A stretch of 64,000 nt of DNA. Source: Synechococcus sp. GTDB lineage: Bacteria; Cyanobacteriota; Cyanobacteriia; PCC-6307; Cyanobiaceae. Both the position numbers and the translations under genes were made by a program. Location: contig JBJBDL010000003.1 in the NCBI GenBank assembly GCA_047285305.1, positions 1,504,001 to 1,568,000 on the forward strand. The letters run 5' to 3'. Each line of letters starts with the position of its first letter. Position 1 is the first letter of the stretch. Below the pieces are notes generated by a model. The model saw nothing but the letters and a program-made list of their open reading frames with translations, did no database searches and was not told the origin of the DNA. Below are positions 9,019-18,711 of this stretch, in pieces.

Positions 9019-11355
9019 TCAGCGCTCGCTGAGGGCAACGGGCAGCGGCTCCGAGGATTCAGGCGCTGAGGATTCAGGTTCCGTGGAGCCATTGGAACCC
9101 TGGCTGATGACCTCAAGGTCGATCTGGTTGCGCAGAACATCCACATTGATCACGCGCACCTGTACGGCGTCGCCAAGTTGATAGGTCTGACGGTTCTTGC
9201 GCCCGACCAAGCGATTCTGGCGTGATCTGTATTCGTACCAGTCATCGTTGAGGGAGCTCACATGCACCAGCCCTTCAACGCGACTTTCACCAACTTCCAC
9301 GAAAAAGCCATAGCTCTGCACACCACTGATGCGCCCTTCCACCTGTTTGCCGATCAGGGGTTGGGCTGAACGGGCCTGGATCATCGAAAGCAGATCCTTT
9401 TCCAGTTCCAACACCTGACGCCGTCGCGTGTTGAGCCGCTGCACGGTGCGCTCGTTCACCAATCCGTTCAACTTCTCGTCCTGGGATGCGGTGAACAGGG
9501 GCCACGTGAGATCAGCACCGGCACCCTTGAGGCCAAGCTTCAGACGGGTCTTGTGACGGACGGTTGGACGATCCTTGGCATCGGTCAGCAGCGCAACGAT
9601 CACCTGTTGATTCACCAGGTGGGCGTAGTGCTGGGTGGCACAGGTCCATGGGGTCAGTGAGCTATTCCGGCTTGACGCAGCAACCTCGTCCCCATCGGAA
9701 TCTGCTGCCGCAGGGGGGGCCTCTGTGGATGCCACAAGGGTGAGAGGTGGCAGGGCGTGACTGAGTTGTTGTTCCAGCACCCGGCGCTGACTGCTGTCTT
9801 TGAACACCTGAACCAGCTCCGAAGCTGATGGACAGCCGTCGTCATCCAGTTCAAGGGGAAGATCCAGGGCAATGGCTGTCTTTGCCACATCGGTGAGCAC
9901 GCTGCCATCGGGTTCATCCGCCTCAACGGTGATGCCCGGCAGTTGGAGCTCGAGTCGTTGTGTGGTCCACGCACGGTCGGCGGCCCTCAACAGAGGCTGA
10001 AGGAACGCATGGGGGTCGACCGGGTTGAACGCATCAACCCAGCGATGCCGCAACCCGGAGGGATCTGCGCTGCAGAGGTCACCAAGGGCCTCCAGCTGTG
10101 GAGGGCAGAGATCGAGCTGCACAACCCCGTTGGCACGCTCCTGCTCCAACAACAGCGTGCTGCAGAAGCGCAGGGTCTCCAGCTGACTGAGTTGGTCTTT
10201 GATCGGCTTGAGGGCGGTCGGGACGCTGCGCGCCTTGGGTTTGCGTTCCGCCAGGGCGACCAACTGATCGGCGCTCACCTCGGCGACGGGGCGCACCGTG
10301 CTGAGCATGAACTCCCAGTCGCTCACCTCACCGTTGGCAGAGACGTCGAGCCGAACGCTGATGGCATCAGCCTCGGACCCGGCCGAGAAGCTGGTGGCCT
10401 TGTGGAGGGCCGGAGTGAGAAGAGGTTGCCAGACTTCACCGAGGCAAAGGGCTTCACCGCGGTCGCGCAGGCAGGCATCGAGGCTGTTGCCCAGACCGAT
10501 CCGCTCGCCCACGCTGGGCGCATGGACCCAGAGGCGACAACCGCCTTCCCTGGCTTCAACGTGCACGGCAGGTAACCCCGGTGCATCGTCCTGACTCCAT
10601 CCTTTGAGCAGCAGCGACTGTTGTGCGGTGAGATCGACCCGGCCCTTGGACGCAGGGGTTTTGCCAGAGCTCCTGGGTGCCGTTGGACGGTCCTGGAGAC
10701 CAACCTTGGTCAGCAGCAGGTCCCGGTCGGCTGCTGGTCCGCCATTGAGCGGGAGAGATCGCACAACGTGGCCGGCCGCAGGATGCTGAGCCACGGGATA
10801 GCGATCGATGCGCACCTCGACAACGCTGGAGATCTCATCACCAGGCAGATGCTTGGAATCCTCTGCTGGCAGCTCAATGCCGGCAAGCACTCTGTCGTCC
10901 AAGGGAGAGGCGAGCAGCTGGTCGCTCTGCTGCTCCACCTGAGCCAGGAGAGATTGCGTGGCCCGTTCCAGGATGCATTGCACACCTCCTTCAGGAGAGC
11001 GGCGGCGTCCGCCCTCCCGCGTCACCCGAACCAGCACACGATCGCCATTCCAGGCGTGGTTCAGCTGATGGTCACGGATGTAGATGTCCTCGCCGCCGTC
11101 ATCGCGAATGGCGAAGCAGAAGCCTTTGCTGCTGCAACGCAGGCGAGCATCAATCAGATCACTCTCCTGGGGCCGTGTGAGACCACCCTCACTGGTCTTT
11201 TCGATCACACCGATTTTCATCAGTGATGAAACAGCAAGCTCAAGCGCCGCTTTATCCGTCTTGTTGCTGAGCTTGAGGATCTTGGCCAGTTGGTCGGGCT
11301 CAGAGGAGTGCTCCGTTGAGAGCTGATCCAGCAGATCGGCAACCGTAAATTTCAT
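9019..11355 (-). CDS. RNase R/RNB-family protein (Zam-like) with a degenerate catalytic site
   Basis: Cold-shock domain (SSKGFCFA..DIYI..AWNGDRVLV), RNB-like middle region, C-terminal S1 domain (GVQSYGFFVE..EGLVHVSSL). Confidence 0.88.
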   Translation of the reverse strand: MKFTVADLLDQLSTEHSSEPDQLAKILKLSNKTDKAALELAVSSLMKIGVIEKTSEGGLTRPQESDLIDARLRCSSKGFCFAIRDDGGEDIYIRDHQLNHAWNGDRVLVRVTREGGRRRSPEGGVQCILERATQSLLAQVEQQSDQLLASPLDDRVLAGIELPAEDSKHLPGDEISSVVEVRIDRYPVAQHPAAGHVVRSLPLNGGPAADRDLLLTKVGLQDRPTAPRSSGKTPASKGRVDLTAQQSLLLKGWSQDDAPGLPAVHVEAREGGCRLWVHAPSVGERIGLGNSLDACLRDRGEALCLGEVWQPLLTPALHKATSFSAGSEADAISVRLDVSANGEVSDWEFMLSTVRPVAEVSADQLVALAERKPKARSVPTALKPIKDQLSQLETLRFCSTLLLEQERANGVVQLDLCPPQLEALGDLCSADPSGLRHRWVDAFNPVDPHAFLQPLLRAADRAWTTQRLELQLPGITVEADEPDGSVLTDVAKTAIALDLPLELDDDGCPSASELVQVFKDSSQRRVLEQQLSHALPPLTLVASTEAPPAAADSDGDEVAASSRNSSLTPWTCATQHYAHLVNQQVIVALLTDAKDRPTVRHKTRLKLGLKGAGADLTWPLFTASQDEKLNGLVNERTVQRLNTRRRQVLELEKDLLSMIQARSAQPLIGKQVEGRISGVQSYGFFVEVGESRVEGLVHVSSLNDDWYEYRSRQNRLVGRKNRQTYQLGDAVQVRVINVDVLRNQIDLEVISQGSNGSTEPESSAPESSEPLPVALSER

Positions 11356-11455
11356 CGTGGCGTGCGCAGAAACCGACCATCAGGGCCGGGAGAGAGGGAA
11401 GGGGTGGTCGACGCTCTTCAGCAGGCCGTGCAGAGTCAGCCCTTCAAAGATCACT

Positions 11456-11773
11456 TTAGGACTCAGAAGTTTGATCCCCGTCCGAGTTGGCTTCACCATC
11501 ACGGACGAGAGGAACCAGCAAGCGGCCACCGATCACGAGGAAACCAACGGAAGCCAGCAGTTGAAGCAGATCGCTGGGAATCACGGTTGCAACGGAACCA
11601 CCGGCGAAGGCCCCCAGCAAACTGGCCAGAACCAACGCCGATGATGAGCCGAGAAACACGGCCAGGGGGCGATTGGACGTGCCACTGATGGCAACGGTGG
11701 CGAGTTGGGTCTTGTCACCGAGTTCGGCAAGGAACACGGTCAAGAACGTGGAGATCAGAAGGGGAAAATCCAT
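11456..11773 (-). CDS. TMEM165/GDT1 (UPF0016) half-size transporter
   Basis: FLAELGDKTQLAT motif; three hydrophobic helices. Confidence 0.9.
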   Translation of the reverse strand: MDFPLLISTFLTVFLAELGDKTQLATVAISGTSNRPLAVFLGSSSALVLASLLGAFAGGSVATVIPSDLLQLLASVGFLVIGGRLLVPLVRDGEANSDGDQTSES

Positions 11774-11775
11774 CG

Positions 11776-12108
11776 TCAGCTCCCTGCATTGAGCCAAAGG
11801 GAGCTGGCGGCCTGAAGACCGAGCCAGATGCCGAGCGCCACCATCAGCACCCCAGCCATCAGTTCAAGACGCTCAGGCGGAAGGGTTTTGGCCAACCATT
11901 GACCGACGAGAACGCCCACAAGGCTGGAAGAAATCAACGCCAGCGCGGCACCGATGAACACGAGAACAGGAGAGCCGGACTGAGCCGAGAGCAACAGCGT
12001 TGCCAACTGGGTTTTGTCGCCCAGTTCAGCAACAAACACTGTGGTGAAGGTGCTGAACAGCACGGCAGCAAAGCTGCGCGACTCAGGGCTTGTTTGCTCA
12101 CTCGTCAA
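11776..12108 (-). CDS. TMEM165/GDT1 (UPF0016) half-size transporter
   Basis: FVAELGDKTQLAT motif; three hydrophobic helices. Confidence 0.9.
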   Translation of the reverse strand: MTSEQTSPESRSFAAVLFSTFTTVFVAELGDKTQLATLLLSAQSGSPVLVFIGAALALISSSLVGVLVGQWLAKTLPPERLELMAGVLMVALGIWLGLQAASSLWLNAGS

Positions 12109-12472
12109 CAGAACCTCCCGCGATCTGAGCGCGCTTGAACCTACGCATCACGCCACTGCGGCCGCCATAGGTGCTGCGGATCTGTTGTTGGCAACAGGTG
12201 ATGGCGAAGGCATCGAACTGATCATCGGGAACGTCAAAAAGACGGCCCAGACCACTAACACGACAGAAATCAGGTCGCTCCTCATAAATCGTGCAGCGCT
12301 GACTGCCCGTGTCGTAGTGGATGCACCAGCCGTCAGGGCCAACCATGGCCAGATAGGTGCGTTGTTGCTCTTCGTTCAAGGCCGCCAGGGCATCAGCCCG
12401 TTCCTCCGGAGCGAGTCGGCAACAGGCTCCACAGTGTTTGATGCAGGACCATTGCGGCGTCTCTCGGCTCAT
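12098..12472 (-). CDS. YkgJ-family Cys-cluster (Zn/Fe-chelating) protein
   Basis: CIKHCGACC, WCIHYD, CTIYEERPDFCR. Confidence 0.88.
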   Translation of the reverse strand: MSRETPQWSCIKHCGACCRLAPEERADALAALNEEQQRTYLAMVGPDGWCIHYDTGSQRCTIYEERPDFCRVSGLGRLFDVPDDQFDAFAITCCQQQIRSTYGGRSGVMRRFKRAQIAGGSVDE

Positions 12473-12580
12473 GATTGAAGCTGTGACAAGCCATCACAGA
12501 GATCAGAACCAATCCGTCGCACTTGGGACAGAGCCCCGTAGCCTGGGAGGCGTAACGATTTTGGACAGCGCTGCATCGCC

Positions 12581-12688
12581 ATGGGCTTTGACATTCACCT
12601 GATCGCCAACTTTGCCGCCCTGGCGATGATCACCATTGCCGGTCCCGCTGTCATCTTCATCCTCTTCTACCGCCGCGGCGCACTCTGA
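12581..12688 (+). CDS. psb30: Photosystem II subunit Psb30 (Ycf12)
   Basis: Read by hand: [35 protein letters not shown], 35 aa with the AGPxVI...RRGxL signature; below the ORF-track cutoff. Confidence 0.92.
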   Translation: MGFDIHLIANFAALAMITIAGPAVIFILFYRRGAL

Positions 12689-12698
12689 TCGCCTCGTT

Positions 12699-14597
12699 TT
12701 AAGGACGTAGCCCCAACCCAAGGCAGGCTTCCTCGATCAACTGAATCACCCGCTGATCCCTCGCCAGATCGTTGTTGCTGGTGAGGGATTGTTCTTGTTG
12801 AATGCTCGCCTGAAGCGTCTCACCCTCGCCATTGGTGAGCTTCAGACCTGAACTTTCCGTCAACTGGGCGGTGTACTGCCGTGTGCCGCGGTCGATCAAC
12901 ACCAACTCCGTATGGGCACGGATGGCTTTGAGCTCCAGCTGCAGACGCTGTTCACCCTGCCAACGGTTGATCGAAATGCTGTAAGCCACGTCACAGCATG
13001 CGGGAACAGGCGCCGCTGGATCCCATCGCCAGGCGATGGCGCGACGCTCACTTTCACCCTGACGCAGCGTCAGGGCCAGATGTCCTCCTTTTAGATCGCG
13101 CCGATCCTCAACGCTCACCCCCCGTGACCAGAACAGGGGTTTGGGATGACCGATGCCGAAGGGGGCCAGGGATTGCAGGTGGCGCCAAAGATCCCAGTTC
13201 ACGTCCTTCAACTGCAGCAGAGCGTCAGGTTGCACGGGACGCCCCTGGGCCTGGGTCACCAACCAGCCATCGGCTTCGGCGCAGAGGCGCTCATGCAGGG
13301 CATGCACGAATTCCGCTTTAACGGTGAACCCCCCGGCAGCGGGATGGCCTCCAAAGCGGGTCAGTAGATCACTGCAATTGGAGAGGGCACGATCCACCGC
13401 GAAACCGATGGGTCCCCGTACCGAAGCCCGCAGACTTCCATCTCCATCTCCGGCCAGAAGAGCGGTGGGGCGGTGATAGCGCTCCATCAGCCGCGCAGCA
13501 ACAATGCCAATCACCCCGTGGTGCCAGTGGCTTTGCGCCAACAGCAGGAATGAGGGGAGAGCGTCACTGGACTCCGCTTCAACCAGCGCCACGGCCTCCG
13601 CTTCAATCGCGTCGCAGAGATCCCGTCGCTGGCGGTTGTAATCATCACAACGGCGTGCGAGGGCCATCGCTGAATCGGGATCTTCAGCCGTGAGCAGATC
13701 CACCACAAGCCTCGGTTCCCCAAGGCGGCCCACTGCATTGATGCGCGGTGCAAGCTGAAACCCGATGTCTTCTGCCGTCAGCGGACGTTCCCCGAGACCC
13801 GCCAGGCGCTGAAGCGCTTGCACGCCCTTGCACTCGGAGCGATGCAGATGGTTCAGCCCCTCCAGCAACCAACTGCGGTTGGCCCCCACCAGAGGAGCCA
13901 TATCGGCCACCGTGCCGATGCAAAACAGATCCCGGGCCACGCGGATGGCTTCTGGTTTGTTCAGAACATCGGCAACGGCATGGGCCAGCACATAGGCCAG
14001 CCCCACACCGGCGAGTCCGCGGTAAGGCGAGCCCTCCGGGGTGGTGGCCGGATGAATGAGCGCAGTCATGGGCGGCCGTTGCGCCGGGATCGTGTGGTGA
14101 TCGGTCACGATCACCTGCATCGACAAACTTTCGGCCAGTTCGAGGGCTTCCCTCGCGGCAACACCGTTATCAACGGTGACCAGCAGTCGCACGCCATCGT
14201 CGTAGAGCCGCTGCACCATGGCGGGATTGAGGCCATATCCCTCCTCCATTCGCGAGGGGATAGCAGGTTCCGGCTCAGCACCCAATGGGGCCAACGCCCG
14301 CAGTAACAACGCAGTGCTGGTCATCCCATCGGCGTCGTAATCACCACAGATGGCGACGCGTTCACGGGAACGGCAGGCTTTTACCAAGCGTGTACAGGCC
14401 TGCTCGAGATCGGGGAAATGATCACGTGTGGGCGGTAGATCACCAGGGGAGAGAAAGCTCTCGGCCTCGGATGTGGAGCTGAATCCCCTGCGCCGCAGCA
14501 CACAGCGCAGCGACAGCGGCAAATCAAGCCCTTGCAATGGCGATGGTTCCACCACGGCTGGAAGGGACCAGGACCAATGCAGCGGAACAGCCGGCAA
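12699..14597 (-). CDS. recJ: ssDNA-specific exonuclease RecJ
   Basis: GDYDADG, TVDNG, TDHH, GTVAD, PRINAVGRL, FGGHPAAGG; start codon uncertain. Confidence 0.96.
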   Translation of the reverse strand: MPAVPLHWSWSLPAVVEPSPLQGLDLPLSLRCVLRRRGFSSTSEAESFLSPGDLPPTRDHFPDLEQACTRLVKACRSRERVAICGDYDADGMTSTALLLRALAPLGAEPEPAIPSRMEEGYGLNPAMVQRLYDDGVRLLVTVDNGVAAREALELAESLSMQVIVTDHHTIPAQRPPMTALIHPATTPEGSPYRGLAGVGLAYVLAHAVADVLNKPEAIRVARDLFCIGTVADMAPLVGANRSWLLEGLNHLHRSECKGVQALQRLAGLGERPLTAEDIGFQLAPRINAVGRLGEPRLVVDLLTAEDPDSAMALARRCDDYNRQRRDLCDAIEAEAVALVEAESSDALPSFLLLAQSHWHHGVIGIVAARLMERYHRPTALLAGDGDGSLRASVRGPIGFAVDRALSNCSDLLTRFGGHPAAGGFTVKAEFVHALHERLCAEADGWLVTQAQGRPVQPDALLQLKDVNWDLWRHLQSLAPFGIGHPKPLFWSRGVSVEDRRDLKGGHLALTLRQGESERRAIAWRWDPAAPVPACCDVAYSISINRWQGEQRLQLELKAIRAHTELVLIDRGTRQYTAQLTESSGLKLTNGEGETLQASIQQEQSLTSNNDLARDQRVIQLIEEACLGLGLRP

Positions 14598-14650
14598 GGG
14601 AACGCAACAGGCGGTGATGTCCCAGCATTGTGCCGTTGCTGCTCCTCAAG

Positions 14651-15409
14651 GTGAACAGGCTTTCAGCGGTCTTCTGGGATGTGGATGGCACCTTGGCTGA
14701 CACGGAAATGGACGGTCATCGACCGGCCTTCAACATGGCCTTCCAGGAACTGGATCTTCCCTTTGTTTGGGATGAAGGGCTCTACAACAGGCTGCTGGCG
14801 ATTCCTGGCGGGCTGCGCAGGGTGAAACTCCACGCTGAAACATGTGGGGTGCATCTCAGCCAGAACCAACTGGACCAGGTACGTGATCGCAAACGCGTCC
14901 ATTACCTGGAACGGGTCCGCCAAGGACATGTGCATCTCCGTCCCGGAGTGAAGAGGCTTTTGCAGGAGTTGAACAGGGCCGGCGTGCAGCAGTGGATCGT
15001 CACCTCCAGCGGATCGGCCTCGGTGATGGCTCTGCTGGAACAGATCCAGAAGCAAATCCCCAGCTTCGATGGGGTGGTGACATCGGATGACGTTGCTTCG
15101 GGAAAGCCAGCACCGGACGGCTACCGACTCGCTCTCGAACGCAGTGGGGCCAACAGTGCTGCCAGCCTTGCCATCGAAGATTCTGCGGCAGGTCTTTCGG
15201 CGGCAAGAGCCGCAGGTCTGCGTTGTCTGCTGACCCCTTCCCCCTGGGATGCCGATGCTCTGCGTGAGTCCGGAGGCGAGGCTGCTGCGGTGTTGAATCA
15301 CCTGGGGGACCCTGGACAGCCAGCAACCGTGCTTTCCGGTGCCTCTTGCCAGGAGGGGGCAGTAACGCTGAAGTATCTGGAGTCCCTGCTGTCGGTGCCG
15401 GATCGATGA
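14651..15409 (+). CDS. HAD-IA hydrolase, CbbY-like
   Basis: FWDVDGTLADTEMDGHRPAFN, GKPAPD, AIEDS. Confidence 0.88.
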   Translation: MNRLSAVFWDVDGTLADTEMDGHRPAFNMAFQELDLPFVWDEGLYNRLLAIPGGLRRVKLHAETCGVHLSQNQLDQVRDRKRVHYLERVRQGHVHLRPGVKRLLQELNRAGVQQWIVTSSGSASVMALLEQIQKQIPSFDGVVTSDDVASGKPAPDGYRLALERSGANSAASLAIEDSAAGLSAARAAGLRCLLTPSPWDADALRESGGEAAAVLNHLGDPGQPATVLSGASCQEGAVTLKYLESLLSVPDR

Positions 15410-15717
15410 GCTCAATCCAGCGCACACGTCTGGCGGGGCTTCAGAACGCGTGGGGCGCTGGGATCCGGCGGTCCTGGTCTGGCCCCTGGTGGCGTCGCAG
15501 CGCTTCGTTGCTGCTGCTGCTGTTCGGATTTTTCATCGGCAGCAACCTTCCCGTCTACATCCTGGATGCTGTTGAACTCAGGACGTACACAGCGTTCTAT
15601 GCCCTCATCGCCTGTGAATTGATGGTTCTTGGGCGCCGTCGTCTTCCCTGGCTGGACAACCTCCGGCTTGGATTCGTTTACGCCGTTGTTCTGGAGGCGT
15701 TCAAAGTTGGATCCTGA
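15406..15717 (+). CDS. ycf20: DUF565 / Ycf20-family membrane protein
   Basis: QRTRL start, PWWRRS, C-terminal LEAFKVGS. Confidence 0.82.
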   Translation: MSSIQRTRLAGLQNAWGAGIRRSWSGPWWRRSASLLLLLFGFFIGSNLPVYILDAVELRTYTAFYALIACELMVLGRRRLPWLDNLRLGFVYAVVLEAFKVGS

Positions 15718-16684
15718 GGGCCAACGCGTCATCCCCAGCAAGGATCAGCAGCGGTTGCTGCAGCATCTCGAGTTGGGCGACCTTCAGAGTTGGTCTGCAC
15801 TGCAGCGCAACTCTGGGTGGCATCGGGTCGCCATCGATCACTGGCATCCTCAGGCGACACCGGATTGGCTGTGGTCTGTTGGTCTGCCGCTTCTGAACCT
15901 GGGCCAGCAATGGCAGGGACAACGCCGACTGCTCGGATTCAGTGCTTTGCCAGGTTGCGGGAAAACCACCCTGGGGCAGTGGATTGAAGCTGCCGCACGG
16001 GCACTTCACCTCTCGATCCAGGTGGTTTCGCTCGATGACTTTTATTTCGAGGCCGAACGGCTTGATGCGGCGATGCAGGGCAACCCCTGGGGTGTGCCTC
16101 GTGCGCTTCCTGGCAGCCATGACCTGGAGCTCCTGCAGGAGTGTCTTCAGACATGGCGACAGGGTGAGAACGTTCTGATGCCCTGCTTCGACAAAGCCAA
16201 ACGCCATGGCCGAGGAGATCGAAGCGGTTGGCACCGCTGCGATGCCGACTTGCTGATTTTTGAGGGTTGGTTTGTGGGCTGCAGCCCAAATGACGACGCA
16301 ACTGTGGATGAGCCCCATCTCGAGAGCCCCCTAACGGCGCAGGAGTTGGAGTGGCGCCTGAAGCTGCAACCCGTGCTCGCCCACTACGAACCCACCTGGA
16401 GATGTTTCGATCAACTCTGGCAACTGCGAGCAACCGACTTCAACGCGCCTTGGCGATGGAAGCGCCAACAGGAAGCCACCCTTGAAGCGGAACGCGGTGC
16501 GTCGCTGTCGAATGCTGACTTGGATCGTTTCATCCGCATGATTCTCTGCTCGCTGCCATCGAGCAGTTTTCACACAATGCGAGCGGATGTTGTTGTGGAG
16601 GTGGATCCGGATCGAACCCTGCGGAGAATCCACCTCCCTAGTTCGACTCAGGATTCGCCGTCTTCGGACTCACTCACCGGGTAA
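15707..16684 (+). CDS. P-loop kinase, plant-type glycerate 3-kinase (GLYK)-like
   Basis: ALPGCGKTT Walker [27 protein letters not shown] start inferred. Confidence 0.75.
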   Translation: MDPEGQRVIPSKDQQRLLQHLELGDLQSWSALQRNSGWHRVAIDHWHPQATPDWLWSVGLPLLNLGQQWQGQRRLLGFSALPGCGKTTLGQWIEAAARALHLSIQVVSLDDFYFEAERLDAAMQGNPWGVPRALPGSHDLELLQECLQTWRQGENVLMPCFDKAKRHGRGDRSGWHRCDADLLIFEGWFVGCSPNDDATVDEPHLESPLTAQELEWRLKLQPVLAHYEPTWRCFDQLWQLRATDFNAPWRWKRQQEATLEAERGASLSNADLDRFIRMILCSLPSSSFHTMRADVVVEVDPDRTLRRIHLPSSTQDSPSSDSLTG

Positions 16685-16824
16685 ACAAAACCCTGGGCGC
16701 GGCCACTCAGCACAGACTTGCCGATGGACATGGCGCGCTGGGCGGCAACGGCTGCCTTGGCCTTCCAGGTGGCGCTGCGCTGGTTGCGCTTGGCCTTGGA
16801 TGTTTTCTTCTTCGGGACGGCCAT
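16648..16824 (-). CDS. rpmF: 50S ribosomal protein L32
   Basis: Read by hand: [24 protein letters not shown]...[14 protein letters not shown], 58 aa. Confidence 0.96.
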   Translation of the reverse strand: MAVPKKKTSKAKRNQRSATWKAKAAVAAQRAMSIGKSVLSGRAQGFVYPVSESEDGES

Positions 16825-16911
16825 TGCGCCTGGTGTATTTCCAAACTGAGATTGTCTCGTTTGAAACCCCCTTGCGTCAAATCGCTAGGCTCCGTGGAGC
16901 GCAACGTTGAC

Positions 16912-18711
16912 GTGGCAGCAGGTTCGGACGACTCCAGTGGTTCCGCGGCCCCTCAGAAGGTTCAACCTTCTTCGATTCAGGGTTTTTGGACGAAGCAGGA
17001 CACGGTGAGCTACTCCACCCTGCTGAGTGATATCGATGCAAAAGAGATCAAACAGTTGGATCTTGTGCCCGGTCGACGGGAGGTAAGAGTCCAATACAAC
17101 GATGGCCGACGGGTCACCGTTCCCGTATTCGCCAACGACAACCAAATTCTTCGGGCCGCTGAAAGCTCCGGCACGCCCCTGACGGTTGTTGACATACGCC
17201 GCGAACAAGCAGGACGCGAACTGGCGGGAACCCTGATGTTGGTTCTGCTGGTGGTGGTTGGCTTGGCGTTTCTGCTGAAGCGTTCGGCTCAAATGGCGAA
17301 CAGAGCTCTTGGGTTTGGACGCAGCCAACCTCGGTTGAAACCCCAGGAAGACCTTCAGCTTCGTTTTGAGGATGTTGCCGGCATCAACGATGCGCGGCTG
17401 GAACTTGAGGAGGTGGTCACCTTTCTCAAGCAGCCCGAGGCCTTCATCCGCCTGGGGGCCAAGATCCCGCGGGGGGTGCTGCTGGTCGGCCCCCCTGGAA
17501 CAGGGAAAACGCTTCTTGCCAAGGCTATTGCAGGCGAGGCGGGCGTGCCGTTTTTCTCAATCGCGGCCTCTGAGTTTGTTGAGCTGTTCGTGGGTGTTGG
17601 CGCGAGCAGGGTTCGCGATCTGTTCCGCCAAGCCAAAGAAAAGTCCCCCTGCATCGTCTTCATTGACGAGATCGACGCTGTGGGTCGTCAGCGGGGTGCT
17701 GGTATCGGCGGCGGCAACGATGAACGGGAGCAGACCCTCAACCAACTCCTGACGGAGATGGACGGCTTTGAGGAGAACTCCGGTGTGATTCTGCTAGCGG
17801 CCACAAACCGTGCCGACGTGCTCGACTCCGCACTGTTGCGTCCAGGACGCTTCGACCGGCGCATTGATGTGGGCCTTCCCGATCGCCGAGGTCGCGAGGC
17901 CATTCTCGCCGTGCATGCGAGAACTCGCCCTCTCGATGACTCGGTATCGCTGTCGGATTGGGCGAGCCGCACTCCGGGTTTTTCCGGGGCCGACCTTGCC
18001 AATCTGCTCAACGAAGCGGCCATCCTCACGGCCCGTCAGAACATGCTCCGCATCGGTCAATTCCAGCTGGAGGGGGCCTTGGAGCGGATCACCATGGGGC
18101 TGAGCAACCGCCCCTTACAGGACAGCGCCAAAAAACGACTCATCGCCTATCACGAGGTGGGTCATGCCCTGGTGGCCAGTCTTCTCCCAGCGGCCAACGC
18201 GGTGGATAAAGTCACGATTCTTCCCCGGGGAGGAGCCGGTGGTTACACCCGCTTCATGCCTGACGAGGAGGTGCTTGATTCCGGGTTGATCACCCGCTCC
18301 TCCTGCCTCGCTGATCTGGTGGTAGCCCTTGGGGGACGAGCCGCAGAGCAAGTGGTTTTCGGATCTCTCGAGATCACCCAGGGAGCCACTGGAGATCTCC
18401 AGATGGTGGCGCAACTGGCACGGGAGATGGTTACGCGCTTTGGCTTTTCCAGCCTAGGACCGATGGCCCTCGAGGGCCCGGGTACGGAGGTTTTTCTGGG
18501 GCGCGATTGGTTCAACCAACGGCCGGGATACGCCGAATCCACTGGCCAGGCCATTGACGCTCAAATCCGCCAGCTCGCCAAGAGTGCTCTGGCGCAGGCC
18601 ATCGCCTTGCTGGAGCCCCGCCGTGAGTTGATGGATCAGCTGGTGGACGTTTTGATTGCTGAGGAAACGATCAACGGTGATCGATTCAGAGACATCGCTG
18701 GCCTCCCATGA
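16912..18711 (+). CDS. ftsH: ATP-dependent zinc metalloprotease FtsH
   Basis: [18 protein letters not shown] motif ([14 protein letters not shown]), HEVGH zinc motif; start uncertain (frame open from 16852). Confidence 0.96.
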   Translation: MAAGSDDSSGSAAPQKVQPSSIQGFWTKQDTVSYSTLLSDIDAKEIKQLDLVPGRREVRVQYNDGRRVTVPVFANDNQILRAAESSGTPLTVVDIRREQAGRELAGTLMLVLLVVVGLAFLLKRSAQMANRALGFGRSQPRLKPQEDLQLRFEDVAGINDARLELEEVVTFLKQPEAFIRLGAKIPRGVLLVGPPGTGKTLLAKAIAGEAGVPFFSIAASEFVELFVGVGASRVRDLFRQAKEKSPCIVFIDEIDAVGRQRGAGIGGGNDEREQTLNQLLTEMDGFEENSGVILLAATNRADVLDSALLRPGRFDRRIDVGLPDRRGREAILAVHARTRPLDDSVSLSDWASRTPGFSGADLANLLNEAAILTARQNMLRIGQFQLEGALERITMGLSNRPLQDSAKKRLIAYHEVGHALVASLLPAANAVDKVTILPRGGAGGYTRFMPDEEVLDSGLITRSSCLADLVVALGGRAAEQVVFGSLEITQGATGDLQMVAQLAREMVTRFGFSSLGPMALEGPGTEVFLGRDWFNQRPGYAESTGQAIDAQIRQLAKSALAQAIALLEPRRELMDQLVDVLIAEETINGDRFRDIAGLP

